Positions 18,634 through 28,238 of a DNA stretch of 64,000 bases are shown piece by piece; position 1 is the first letter of the stretch, and every line of letters starts with the position of its first letter. The notes beneath the pieces were generated by a model. That model was not told the DNA's origin. It searched no databases and saw nothing but the letters and a program-made list of their open reading frames with translations. Location: contig DAHWIF010000005.1 of the NCBI GenBank assembly GCA_027345565.1, forward strand, positions 13,700-77,699, in the 5' to 3' direction. The position numbers were made by a program, and so were the translations under genes. The DNA is from Candidatus Micrarchaeota archaeon (GTDB taxonomy: Archaea > Micrarchaeota > Micrarchaeia > Micrarchaeales > Micrarchaeaceae).

Positions 18634-21330
18634 TCACCCTAGCGTTGTATCAAGGCCTACGGCCCGCGGCATGCCCTGCAGGTAGAGCTGTTGTATCTGG
18701 TATTGTGAAAGCGATGTATTGTATATCTGCGCATCCGCAACCCCGGCAGTGCAGCTTCCGATAGACCAACTTGACTGCTGCAGGTTCTGCGTTGTTGATA
18801 AGGACAGCGTATTCGAGACTCCGTCCAGCGACACGGCGTACTTGCCGTTAGAATAGCCGAGCGTAACGAAGCTCCATCTGTTTAGGGGCACACTGAGCTG
18901 GCTGTATACCGGGGTTTGAACGCTGGTAGCCGTGCTGGCACCGAGATATCCGCTCTGATTTATAATGAGATTGAATCCGTCACCATCTGCGCCCTGGCTC
19001 CCAATGGACGCCACGTAGCATAAAGAGACTGAATTGAAGCTGATCGGGTATACCCACGCAGCGACAGTCTTCGGTCCGGATCCGAGTATGGAGTTAGGTG
19101 CGTCTGGTATATCCACACCGGTTCCTTGGAAGGAGAACGCGGCAAGCTGCTGGCCCACTTTAGCAGTGTTGTTGTAGCTTATTGAGTTGAATGCCACATC
19201 TATCGCATTTGATGATGCGTATGCATGGTTTGCATAGTTGTTCGCGTTGCCATTTAGCGGCCACCAGGCTTGGATGCCCTGGCCCTGCAGCGGTACAGAG
19301 GTCAGGCCTTGGGAATACATTGTTGCTACCTGGCCCGCAGTGAGCGACCCATTGTATATCTGCACGTTGGCTATCGTCCCGTTGAAGACGTAATTTAGTC
19401 CGGAGTATTCCCCTATATACTCCTCGGATGAGCTTCCTGGAGCTATCGCTGTGCGGTAGCTTCCTGCGAGGGTGCCGTTCACATATATGTCAAGCACGTT
19501 GCCGTTATATGTGCCTGCAACGAAATACCATGTGTTGAGATTAGGCGTTGTCGGATCACAGACCCTCAGTGTGTTTACCCCTATCTTAAACATATATGCA
19601 GTCGGGTTGCTCACCTGGTTATCACAGTTCGAATCGCTTTCAAGAAGCATGATGTGATTATTGCTTACCGGGTTCCCGCTCTCTATGACTTCGTTCTTGT
19701 AGCTGTTCAGGTGCACCCATGCGGCTATGGTGAAGTAAGGGAGGCTGAGCCCTGCTGATTGTATGAAGCTGGTTGCTCCGTTGAAATTTGCTGCGTTGAA
19801 TGCGGTGTTCGATGTGACCGGCAGGTACACCGCCTTAGCCTGTCCGGTCCCTATCACAAGAGAGCCGACGTCCCCCTTGCCGCTGAAGTCAGGCACGCTC
19901 AATCCATCGTTTACGCTAAGCGGCCACCACCCCGCCAGGTCGTTTGCCGTGGTAAGGTTCCCATTGAATGGTTCCGCGTATATCGTAGCATTGCCCGAGA
20001 AACCGTTAGCCGTAAGCAGCGTGCTCTGCTGCCCGGTCGATGTGGTGTTGGCTGCCACGCTGTTAGAACCGCCAAGCAGGTAGTTTGAGGTGAAGAAGCC
20101 CATCGGCACATGCGGAGCCGCCACGCCTCCAAGTGTTGATACGCTGGCCAGCGTGTCCACCGAGTACTGATACGATATATCATTCGCCGCCCCGTTGTTG
20201 CCGTAGCCGCTGTAATCGTTCGCGTTGCCGTTGAGCGGCCACCATCCCACCAGGTTGCCAAGGCTAGCCGGAGGCGCGGCGGCCGGCCCCAGCGAGTATA
20301 TCTGGCCGATCTGGTTTGCAGGCAGCGAGGCGTTGTAGATCTGCGCGTTTATCACATATCCGTTAAGGTAAGTGGCGTTCGCGGGCGATCCTCCTATTAT
20401 CACATTGGCAGACCCTGTTATGCTTACTCCTGGGCTGGATGTGGCTACCGACAATCCATCGACGTACAGCTCCGCAATCCCAGAGCTCTTGTTATACGTT
20501 GCAGCTATATCGTACAGAGCGCCAGGGACTATCGAGTTCTGGCCGATTAGCTTAAACGCCCCTCCCCAGTTTATCAGGAATATCGGGGCGCCGCCGTTCG
20601 TTATTGAAAGCATGAATGGCTGCGCCGCAGCGCTAATCTCACCGATTACTGGGTTGTCGAGATAGGGCGTTGTTGAACCTGTATTCAGGCTTTTCAGCTC
20701 AACCCACGCATCGAGCGTTATGCTGTTGCCTATCGTGAGTACGCTGTTTGACTGGACGCTGATCAAGCTGTTTGCTCCGTTGAAATACGGTGCAGCAACG
20801 GAGCCTGGCTGCGAAAGCACAGGCGGCCCGGCTAGGCTCGCAGGCTGTGGGGATGGGACATCGATGAATATGCTGCCGCCAGCATTCGCCACCTTGACAT
20901 AGCCGGTATAGATAGGTATCCTGTATACGTTTATCCCGTTGCCGCTAGATACGAGCGTGCCGTTTATGTAGAGGTTGCGCGCGCTGCTCTGGGCTATTCC
21001 GGTTATGATTTCCTTCCCAACCGTCGTATTGGCTATTACTAGCCCTGTTGTTGATATCGATATGTTATAAGATACAAGGCCTATGCCAGCGCTTAGCGGC
21101 ACGAATGCGGAATAGCCGCTGCCGGCCTGCAGCGCCTGGTTTATGTAGCTCGCTACGCTCTGGGATATGAGCTGCATTACAGATGCCTGTTGCGCAGCGA
21201 GCGCAACCGATCTCTCGTTCGCTATCAGGGCGAATACAACAATGAATACAATCAGCACTATTGCATATATTATCATGAATTCTAGAGCTATCTGCGACCT
21301 CGCGCCAGCATGCCGCCACCGCCCCCCCAT
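18634..21330 (-). CDS. Pilin-like adhesin with three LamG-like domains
   Basis: ARS|QIALEFMIIY (Q+1/E+5 class III signal); three LamG repeats with WWPL motifs. Confidence 0.85.
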   Translation of the reverse strand: MGGRWRHAGARSQIALEFMIIYAIVLIVFIVVFALIANERSVALAAQQASVMQLISQSVASYINQALQAGSGYSAFVPLSAGIGLVSYNISISTTGLVIANTTVGKEIITGIAQSSARNLYINGTLVSSGNGINVYRIPIYTGYVKVANAGGSIFIDVPSPQPASLAGPPVLSQPGSVAAPYFNGANSLISVQSNSVLTIGNSITLDAWVELKSLNTGSTTPYLDNPVIGEISAAAQPFMLSITNGGAPIFLINWGGAFKLIGQNSIVPGALYDIAATYNKSSGIAELYVDGLSVATSSPGVSITGSANVIIGGSPANATYLNGYVINAQIYNASLPANQIGQIYSLGPAAAPPASLGNLVGWWPLNGNANDYSGYGNNGAANDISYQYSVDTLASVSTLGGVAAPHVPMGFFTSNYLLGGSNSVAANTTSTGQQSTLLTANGFSGNATIYAEPFNGNLTTANDLAGWWPLSVNDGLSVPDFSGKGDVGSLVIGTGQAKAVYLPVTSNTAFNAANFNGATSFIQSAGLSLPYFTIAAWVHLNSYKNEVIESGNPVSNNHIMLLESDSNCDNQVSNPTAYMFKIGVNTLRVCDPTTPNLNTWYFVAGTYNGNVLDIYVNGTLAGSYRTAIAPGSSSEEYIGEYSGLNYVFNGTIANVQIYNGSLTAGQVATMYSQGLTSVPLQGQGIQAWWPLNGNANNYANHAYASSNAIDVAFNSISYNNTAKVGQQLAAFSFQGTGVDIPDAPNSILGSGPKTVAAWVYPISFNSVSLCYVASIGSQGADGDGFNLIINQSGYLGASTATSVQTPVYSQLSVPLNRWSFVTLGYSNGKYAVSLDGVSNTLSLSTTQNLQQSSWSIGSCTAGVADAQIYNTSLSQYQIQQLYLQGMPRAVGLDTTLG

Positions 21331-21422
21331 TGAACCTTCTACTAAATCAATGGCAAATAATAAATAGTCTTGTTGGGACGCAGAAGGAATCAGAATAAAT
21401 AGTTTGGCTGCCATAAAGCATC

Positions 21423-23546
21423 ATGGAGATAGCCTCGTTAAAAGGGAAAATCCCCTCCGAAATCATAGAGTCGATGGATAAGCGCGGCATCGCTAGGCTC
21501 ACCCCGCCGCAAGAGGCAGCGATAAAGGCGGGACTGCTAGAGTATGAGAACCTGGTTGTAGCTTCGCCGACCGCGAGCGGCAAGACCCTCATCGCAGAGA
21601 TAGCGTGCATGAGATCGATACTCGCAAAAAGGCAGAAAGCGGTCTATGTAGCCCCTATGCGCGCGCTGGTAACCGAGAAGTTCAACGAATTCCGCGAAGC
21701 ATATCCGTACATAAAGGCCGCTATGTCTATAGGGGACCTCGATGCGAACGACCAATGGCTCGCTGATTACGAGATGCTATTTGTTTCTACAGAGAAGTTC
21801 GACAGCCTCATGCGCCACGGGATATCGTGGGCCAGCGGTGTCGGGTGCTTCGTCTTCGACGAGGTGCACATGCTCGGGGACATGTCGAGGGGGCCGACGC
21901 TTGAGATACTCATAACGAAGCTGCGCCTGCAGTCCAGCGCGCAGATTATAGCGTTAAGCGCAACTGTCGGCAACGCAAAGGAGATAGCGAAGTGGCTAGA
22001 TGCGAAAGCAATAGAGAGCGACTACAGGCCGGTAAAGCTCAACAAGGGGGTGATCTGCAACAACCGCGTATATTATGATAGCGAAGAAGCGGACGAGCCC
22101 AGAGAGAGCGCTCCTCTCAACGGCACGAGCAGGCTGCCTGAGCTGAGGCTGATCGAGGATACGATACGGCAGGGCAAGCAGGCGCTCGTCTTCTACTCGA
22201 CGAGGAGAAACGCGGAAGGGGGCGCGAAAAGGATAGCAGAATCGCTCTCTGGCATGCTCGTAAGGGGCGACTCTGCGGTGCTCGATTCGTTGAGCAGGAA
22301 GGTGCTTGGGGCGCTCGACAGGCCTACGGAGCAGTGCGTGAAGCTGTCGAAGCTGATAAAATCAGGGGTGGCATTCCACCATGCGGGCCTCCTCAACGTG
22401 CAGAGGAACGCGATCGAGGAGGCGTTCAGGTCCAATGCGATAAAGGTGATATGCGCTACGACGACTCTTGCCTACGGGGTGAACCTGCCTGCGCACACGG
22501 TGCTGCTCAAGGACATCCACAGGTACGAGAACTCTTCGAGTGGGATGATGGGAGTGAACGAGGTGACGCAGATATTCGGGCGCGCCGGCAGGCCAAAGTA
22601 CGATACGGAGGGGCGAGCGCTAATCATAGCCGCCAACATGGAGCGGATGAAGGAACTTTACAGGGACTACATAATAGCCAAGCCAGAGCCAATAGACTCT
22701 GCGCTCGGGGTTGTCCCTGTGCTGAGGTCGCATGTGCTCTCCCTAATCGCTACCAACTTCATCAGCTCCAAGGAGTCGATGAACTCCTTCTTCAGCAAGA
22801 CCTTCTACGGGCTCCAGTATAATAACATGGGCCATATGCACCGTGTTATAGATGAGGTGCTGCACGACCTCAAGAGGTGGGAGATGATAAAGAGCGACGG
22901 CAGGTCGTACGTTGCCACAAAGCTTGGCAGCAGGGTGAGCGAGCTCTATATAGACCCGCTCTCGGCGAAATGGATGGTAGACTCTATCAGCAACGTCTAC
23001 GACAGCCTCGACGTCCTTTTCATGATATCGAATACGTTGGAGATGAGGCCCTACGTGCGTGTTACCGCGGACGCCGAAGGTCATTACGCCGCTTACCTCC
23101 AGACGCACAAAAGGCTGATGCTGAGGGAGTTTGACCCCATGGACTATGGGAATTATGAACCAGAAGGTGCATTCAGCACAGCGCTGATGCTGAACGATTG
23201 GACCGAGGAGATGAAGGAGCCTGAGATAGTCGAGAAGTACTCGTCAACACCCGGGGCTCTTTACACGAAGATAACGAACGCGGACTGGCTGATATACTCT
23301 GCGATAGAGCTCTCAAAGATACTGAATGTGCCTTATAGAAAACTCATAGAGATGCGAGTCAGGCTGCGCTACGGCATAAAGGAGGAGCTGTTAGACCTTG
23401 TCAGGCTGCAGCAGGTAGGGCGCGTCAGGGCGAGGACCCTATACATGAACGGGATAAGGAGCGTGAGCGACGTGCGCAATAACAGGGTAAAGGTGGTAAG
23501 CCTGCTTGGCAAGGAAACTGCCGATAAAGTGCTCTCGCAGGTATAG
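21423..23546 (+). CDS. hel308: Hel308/Ski2-like DEVH-box DNA helicase
   Basis: SPTASGKT, DEVH, LSAT, AFHHAGL, GVNLPA, QIFGRAGRP and the C-terminal RAR motif. Confidence 0.92.
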   Translation: MEIASLKGKIPSEIIESMDKRGIARLTPPQEAAIKAGLLEYENLVVASPTASGKTLIAEIACMRSILAKRQKAVYVAPMRALVTEKFNEFREAYPYIKAAMSIGDLDANDQWLADYEMLFVSTEKFDSLMRHGISWASGVGCFVFDEVHMLGDMSRGPTLEILITKLRLQSSAQIIALSATVGNAKEIAKWLDAKAIESDYRPVKLNKGVICNNRVYYDSEEADEPRESAPLNGTSRLPELRLIEDTIRQGKQALVFYSTRRNAEGGAKRIAESLSGMLVRGDSAVLDSLSRKVLGALDRPTEQCVKLSKLIKSGVAFHHAGLLNVQRNAIEEAFRSNAIKVICATTTLAYGVNLPAHTVLLKDIHRYENSSSGMMGVNEVTQIFGRAGRPKYDTEGRALIIAANMERMKELYRDYIIAKPEPIDSALGVVPVLRSHVLSLIATNFISSKESMNSFFSKTFYGLQYNNMGHMHRVIDEVLHDLKRWEMIKSDGRSYVATKLGSRVSELYIDPLSAKWMVDSISNVYDSLDVLFMISNTLEMRPYVRVTADAEGHYAAYLQTHKRLMLREFDPMDYGNYEPEGAFSTALMLNDWTEEMKEPEIVEKYSSTPGALYTKITNADWLIYSAIELSKILNVPYRKLIEMRVRLRYGIKEELLDLVRLQQVGRVRARTLYMNGIRSVSDVRNNRVKVVSLLGKETADKVLSQV

Positions 23547-23581
23547 GCTTTAAACCTTTATCTGGTAATACTCCTGTTTCT

Positions 23582-23779
23582 ATGTACGTATCAGAGGGCA
23601 CAGCAAGGCGCATGCTCAAGGAGGCGGGTGCTAAGAGGGTGAGCAAGGAGGCCTCCTCGGAGTTCCAGAAGAGGATAAACAGGTATGCGTACGATGTGGG
23701 CCAGAAGGCGGTGAAGCTCGCCAACCACGCAAAACGCAAGACCGTGACGGATTCAGACATAAAGCTCGCGGCATACTAG
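23582..23779 (+). CDS. Archaeal histone (HMf-like)
   Basis: 65 aa; RMLKEAGAKRVSKEA...ANHAKRKTVTDSDIKLA histone-fold signature. Confidence 0.92.
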   Translation: MYVSEGTARRMLKEAGAKRVSKEASSEFQKRINRYAYDVGQKAVKLANHAKRKTVTDSDIKLAAY

Positions 23780-24078
23780 ACGGGCAATCCGAAGAACTTG
23801 AGTATTATGAGGGTGCCGACCGCCGGGAGCCCGAAGAGCGCTGTCGGTATCATCGTAGCCAGCTCTATCGGTATGTCTACGCCGAATATGTAGTATAGCG
23901 CAAGGAAGGCGACTATCCCCAATACGCTGTTTATTATTATCCCGAATATCACCTTGAGTATGAACTTCCCTACCTTGAAGATTATGAAAAGGACCAGGGC
24001 TATGAGCGCGGCTATCACTATCTCGCTGAATACCGTTCCGCCTATCCCGAATACCACTGAACCGGAATAGCTGCTCAT
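23776..24078 (-). CDS. Small membrane protein (BofA-like family)
   Basis: Three hydrophobic helices; IINSVLG...IPI...ALFGLPAV pattern. Confidence 0.7.
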   Translation of the reverse strand: MSSYSGSVVFGIGGTVFSEIVIAALIALVLFIIFKVGKFILKVIFGIIINSVLGIVAFLALYYIFGVDIPIELATMIPTALFGLPAVGTLIILKFFGLPV

Positions 24079-24149
24079 TTAAGTAATAAAAATGGTTGCG
24101 TTTCCTCTATGCGAAAGGCATATTAATTTTCGAGAAGCATATTGCCAAT

Positions 24150-24384
24150 TGGTGGCGGGCGAGCAGCTTACCGAAAGGAGGAAGCTCCTCCCATACAGAG
24201 CACATCCTGCCTAAGGCAATATCCGGAACAGAAACGAGACCACTGCCGCGCACAAAGCGATGACACCACGAGCGCGCGGGTGTGGATGAAACGCGCCGGG
24301 GAAATGTGCAGATGAGTATGCAAGGCCTTGAGCCGCTCAGTCAAATGCTGCATAAAACAGAAGGAGGGCTACGGCCCGCCACCA
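24150..24384 (+). ncRNA. rnpB: RNase P RNA (compact)
   Basis: P1 TGGTGGCGGGC/GCCCGCCACCA; CR-I GAGGAAGCTCC; CR-II ACAGAAA; CR-III TGAAAC; CR-V AACAGAAGGAGGGCTA. Confidence 0.9.
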
Positions 24385-24571
24385 TGTTCATGCTATCGCC
24401 TTCCCTTTCCTAAGACGCTCGCCGTGTATGTGAACGCTGCGTCCCATACCGGTCTCCCAAAGTGCCGGTGCATGCTCTGCCAGCACCTCGGCTACCGCGC
24501 CTAATCAAAACTCAAGGCATTTAAGCTCATCTGCATCTCGCCGTTCGTCCTATTGTACCACACACTAGAAT

Positions 24572-25201
24572 TCAGCGCCTAAGCCTTCGTAACTTCCTTT
24601 CCTCTTCAACCTCCTTGTGGAACGCCTCTATGTGTTCAATATACTCATCGCGTATCTTTTCACTTTGCTTTTCAAAAAACTTTTTGACGTGCGCGCGCAT
24701 CGCGTTGCGCACATCCTCCTTGATGCCCTCATTCCCCCCACGTATTTTCTCGTATATCTCCTTCTTTGATGCCTCCAGCTGGTCTGCCGCTGCGGCTTCA
24801 TTCACGATGTACCTGGCCCATTGCCCGCTGAGCCCGGCCTCTTCAAGCCTCTTCACCATCATGCCCTTTCTCTTTGGGGTAAATGGCGGCATCAGGTTTT
24901 GTGATATCTGGTTGATGACCTTGTCGTTGAGTTCATACGCAACCCAAGCCACTGGAGTCAGCCCTTTCTTGAACAGGTCATAATGGCCTGTGCGCGCAGA
25001 GTTCGTCCTTCCAACACCTTTTTTTGAGAACTCCAGCACAAAGAAGCCACACTCCTTGTAATCCTGCGCAGTTAGGTTTGCGAAGCCGAGCATCCCGAGC
25101 GGCACAAGCGAGCCGTTCCGCAGCAGAGCGTGCATTCTTGAATAGAACTGCTCGTCAAGCTGCCTCTCCTTAACCGAATTTGCGCGATCTAGGCTGTTCA
25201 T
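24572..25201 (-). CDS. Hypothetical protein
   Basis: 209-aa ORF with charged helical C-terminus and upstream TTAAATA box. Confidence 0.65.
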   Translation of the reverse strand: MNSLDRANSVKERQLDEQFYSRMHALLRNGSLVPLGMLGFANLTAQDYKECGFFVLEFSKKGVGRTNSARTGHYDLFKKGLTPVAWVAYELNDKVINQISQNLMPPFTPKRKGMMVKRLEEAGLSGQWARYIVNEAAAADQLEASKKEIYEKIRGGNEGIKEDVRNAMRAHVKKFFEKQSEKIRDEYIEHIEAFHKEVEEERKLRRLRR

Positions 25202-25332
25202 CTTAATACATAATTATGCCATCTCCAAAATATTTAAGCATTGCTAAAGTATGCAAAATATAGGTGTTTTTTCGCTAATTTGCAAAACGGTCCTGATGGG
25301 CTGCATCGGATGCGTGCTGCTCCAGATGGCTT

Positions 25333-25448
25333 TGGAGGGGGCGAGATTTGAACTCGCGGTCTCTAGATTTCCCGTCACTGCTTTCGCTCCGCACTCAAAA
25401 TGCTGTGCATATGAGTCTAGCGCTCTAACCAGGCTGAGCTACCCCTCC
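25333..25448 (-). tRNA. tRNA with CAU anticodon (elongator Met or Ile2) and a 41-nt intron at 37/38 (25369-25409)
   Basis: GGAGGGG/CCCCTCC-A acceptor stem; CTAGA-CTCATA[intron]A-TCTAG anticodon arm; GTTCAAATC T-loop; 75 nt after splicing. Confidence 0.88.
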
Positions 25449-25484
25449 TGAAGATAGATTGAATAAAAGGGTTAAAAAGCGTGC

Positions 25485-27638
25485 CTATCTGTACATGTTC
25501 TCAGGCGCGTTCTTGAATTTCCTTATGCGCTCCGAGAGCTCCCTCGGTATCGCAGGCTTCACCTCCTGGAAGGCGAATGCGAAGTCATCCTTCGTCACGG
25601 CCGTCCTGCCTAGCCTTATAGCGTTCATGCCGGCCTCTCGGCAAACATTCTCTATCTCCGCACCGGTGTACCCTTCGGAGAGCTTCGCCAGGTCATCCAG
25701 CCGTATGTTCTTGTCGAGCGGCATGCGCTTCGTGTGCACCTCGAATATCGCCTTCCTGGTCTCATCATCCGGCATCGGTATCTCTATTATCTTGTCGAAC
25801 CTCCCAGGCCTGAGCAGCGCAGGGTCTATCATGTCAGGCCTGTTCGTGGCGGCGAGCACCACGACATTCTTCATCTCCGAGAGGCCGTCGAGCTCGGTGA
25901 GCAGAGTGTCGACTATCCTCTCCGTCACGAATGAGTCGCCGTTGCCGCCGTCCCTTGTCGGCGCAATCGCGTCTATTTCGTCTATGAATATTATGCACGG
26001 GGCAGCCTGCCTCGCCTTCCTAAAAATCTCCCTAGTTGCCTTTTCGGATTCGCCGACGAACTTGCTCAGCAGCTCAGGCCCCTTTATTGAGATGAAGTTG
26101 GATTCGCGCTCCGTCGCGACCGCCTTCGCCAGCATAGTCTTGCCCGTGCCAGGCGCGCCGACGAGCAGTATCCCCCTCACGGGCCTTATGCCCATCTTCT
26201 CGAACGCCTCAGGGTTCTTTATCGGCATCTCTATGGCCTCTTTGAGCTGCGTCTTTACGAACGAGAGACCACCGACATCATCCCAGTGGATGTTAGGCCT
26301 CTCGACGAATACCTCACGGAGCGCGCTCGGCTGTATGTTCCTGTATGCGTCTATGAAATCCTCCCTCGTAACGTGGAGGTTTACGAGCAGCTCGTTCGGT
26401 ATCGATTTTTTGTCTATTATGGTCGGGAGTACCTTCCTCAGCGAGCACATCGCCGCCTCCCTAGCCAACGCGGTGAGGTCAGCGCCTGTGTATCCGTGGG
26501 TCAGGTCTGCCAGCTCGTCGAGGTTGACTCCCCTGAGCGGCATGTTCCTCGTGTGTATCTGGAGTATCTCTTTCCTGGCGTTCCTGTCTGGCACGCCTAT
26601 CTCTATCTCGCGGTCGAACCTGCCGGGCCTCCTGAGCGCCGGGTCTATCGCATTAGGCCTGTTAGTTGCTCCTATGACTATGACCTGGCCCCTCGATCCC
26701 ATGCCGTCAAGCAGCGCGAGCAGCTGCGATACCATTCGCCTCTCCACTTCGTTGGTCGCCTCCTCTCTCTTCGGCGCTATCGCATCTATCTCATCCATAA
26801 ATATTATCGTCGGAGCCTTCTCTTTAGCCTCGTTGAATATCTCGCGCAGCTTCTCCTCGCTCTCGCCCACAAACTTGCTGACCAGCTCAGGTCCGGATAT
26901 ATCTATGAAGTGCGCATCGGATTCATTCGCTACCGCCTTGGCAAGCAGCGTCTTGCCCGTGCCAGGCGCACCGTAGAGCAATACCCCGCGCGGCGGCTCT
27001 ATGCCCAGCCTCTCGAACAGCTCCGGATACCTTATCGGGAGCTCCACCATCTCCCTTATCTTCTGTATCTCCGTCTTCAGGCCGCCTATGTCCTCATAGT
27101 GCACGTCGCCGATCTTCACCATAGACTCTGATATCGGCTCTGTCCTGACGACCATGTCAGTATCTTTCGTCACCCTTACTACTCCATGAGGCGATACCTG
27201 CGCCACCACGAAATTGAATACGTAACCGAACATCGGTATCGGTACAACATCCCCCCTCACTAGTGGCTTGTCTTCCAGCTTGTTCTTCGCATACTCTGCG
27301 AAATCCGGTGATATCGGAGTGCGCTGGTTCGGCGGCGGGGCCAGTATCACCTTCTCGGCGTTGTTGACATTCGCCTTCGCGGCGAAGACCCTGTCACCTA
27401 TCCCTACACCAAGGTTCTGTCTTATCCAGCCGTCCACCCTTATGAAATCGAGGCCCTCGTCCTGCTGGTGCGCAGCCATAACTATGGCGGCTGTAGACCT
27501 GCGTTTGCCCTTTATCTCAAGCATGTCTCCCGGCGTGACATTGAGCAGCTTCCGTGCCTTGGAGTCTACCCTAGCAATACCCCTGCCATCATCAGTGACA
27601 AGCGCGCTCGCAACAGTCAGCTCAATTCCGTTTACCAT
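25485..27638 (-). CDS. cdc48: CDC48/VAT family AAA+ ATPase
   Basis: Two AAA modules (GAPGTGKT twice, FMDEID/FIDEID, ATNRP, RPGRFD); GGTGA RBS before the ATG at 27638. Confidence 0.96.
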   Translation of the reverse strand: MVNGIELTVASALVTDDGRGIARVDSKARKLLNVTPGDMLEIKGKRRSTAAIVMAAHQQDEGLDFIRVDGWIRQNLGVGIGDRVFAAKANVNNAEKVILAPPPNQRTPISPDFAEYAKNKLEDKPLVRGDVVPIPMFGYVFNFVVAQVSPHGVVRVTKDTDMVVRTEPISESMVKIGDVHYEDIGGLKTEIQKIREMVELPIRYPELFERLGIEPPRGVLLYGAPGTGKTLLAKAVANESDAHFIDISGPELVSKFVGESEEKLREIFNEAKEKAPTIIFMDEIDAIAPKREEATNEVERRMVSQLLALLDGMGSRGQVIVIGATNRPNAIDPALRRPGRFDREIEIGVPDRNARKEILQIHTRNMPLRGVNLDELADLTHGYTGADLTALAREAAMCSLRKVLPTIIDKKSIPNELLVNLHVTREDFIDAYRNIQPSALREVFVERPNIHWDDVGGLSFVKTQLKEAIEMPIKNPEAFEKMGIRPVRGILLVGAPGTGKTMLAKAVATERESNFISIKGPELLSKFVGESEKATREIFRKARQAAPCIIFIDEIDAIAPTRDGGNGDSFVTERIVDTLLTELDGLSEMKNVVVLAATNRPDMIDPALLRPGRFDKIIEIPMPDDETRKAIFEVHTKRMPLDKNIRLDDLAKLSEGYTGAEIENVCREAGMNAIRLGRTAVTKDDFAFAFQEVKPAIPRELSERIRKFKNAPENMYR

Positions 27639-27737
27639 GCGAATCACCTAAGGAAAAGGTACTCCCACCTATAAAATAACACAGCAACTACTTTAATAGC
27701 TTATCTGTATGCTTCGGTGCGCTGGTGCGGAAAGCTA

Positions 27738-27860
27738 CTAATCTTCGCCTTCGTCCTCGTCCCCTTCGTCGTCGTCCTCCCAGTCTTCGTCCTCGTCCCC
27801 TTCGTCGTCGCCGCCCATGTCGTCGTCGTCAGCCAGCTTGTATCTCCATAGTTGATCCAT
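27738..27860 (-). CDS. 40-aa highly acidic peptide (not in ORF track)
   Basis: MDQLWRYKLADDDDMGGDDEGDEDEDWEDDDEGDEDEGED*; GTGAT RBS-like motif upstream; AT-rich TTTTATA box further upstream. Confidence 0.6.
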   Translation of the reverse strand: MDQLWRYKLADDDDMGGDDEGDEDEDWEDDDEGDEDEGED

Positions 27861-28238
27861 CAGATCACGTTAGGCGTTCTTGCACCGCCATTACGCTCTG
27901 TTATTGAGCACACTATATAAAAACCTTTCTGTTATGCGGGCTTTGGGACAAAACTAATCGCATGTCTTCGCTTACAACCAAATGCGCCTTTCCACCAATA
28001 TATCCTTTAGTATATCCTTTAGCGCGTGGGTCATTGTTGGCTTTTTCAATGCTCTGTTATGCGATTATTGATGGGTTTGCGTTGATGTCGTCACATCCTC
28101 GTAAAAAAGCTAAGGTATAAATATTTAACCGAGAGATAACTAGAGAATCGGGCGTTTTTTGCAAAGGGAAAACCGCTCAGGAAAAAGGTGCGGATTTTAG
28201 GAATCCTAGCACGTGAATTGTTACACTCAAGTGATAAG

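Noticed and set aside
14215-20250. Recurring CCGTTGAGCGGCCACCA-like sequences
   Set aside because: They encode the conserved WWPLNGNAND motif of paralogous LamG domains, not a DNA repeat element.
25459-27131. Long + strand ORFs (505 aa and 281 aa) opposite cdc48, and similar shadow ORFs opposite tuf, infB and rpo genes
   Set aside because: Antisense shadows caused by codon bias of highly expressed GC-rich genes; no motifs or RBS.
27725-27907. + strand Arg/Pro-rich 60-aa ORF
   Set aside because: Antisense reading of the acidic peptide repeat; the minus-strand frame has the RBS-like and promoter-like signals.
27999-28022. Tandem TATATCCTTTAG duplication upstream of tuf
   Set aside because: Two 12-bp copies only; cannot be distinguished from a slippage duplication.
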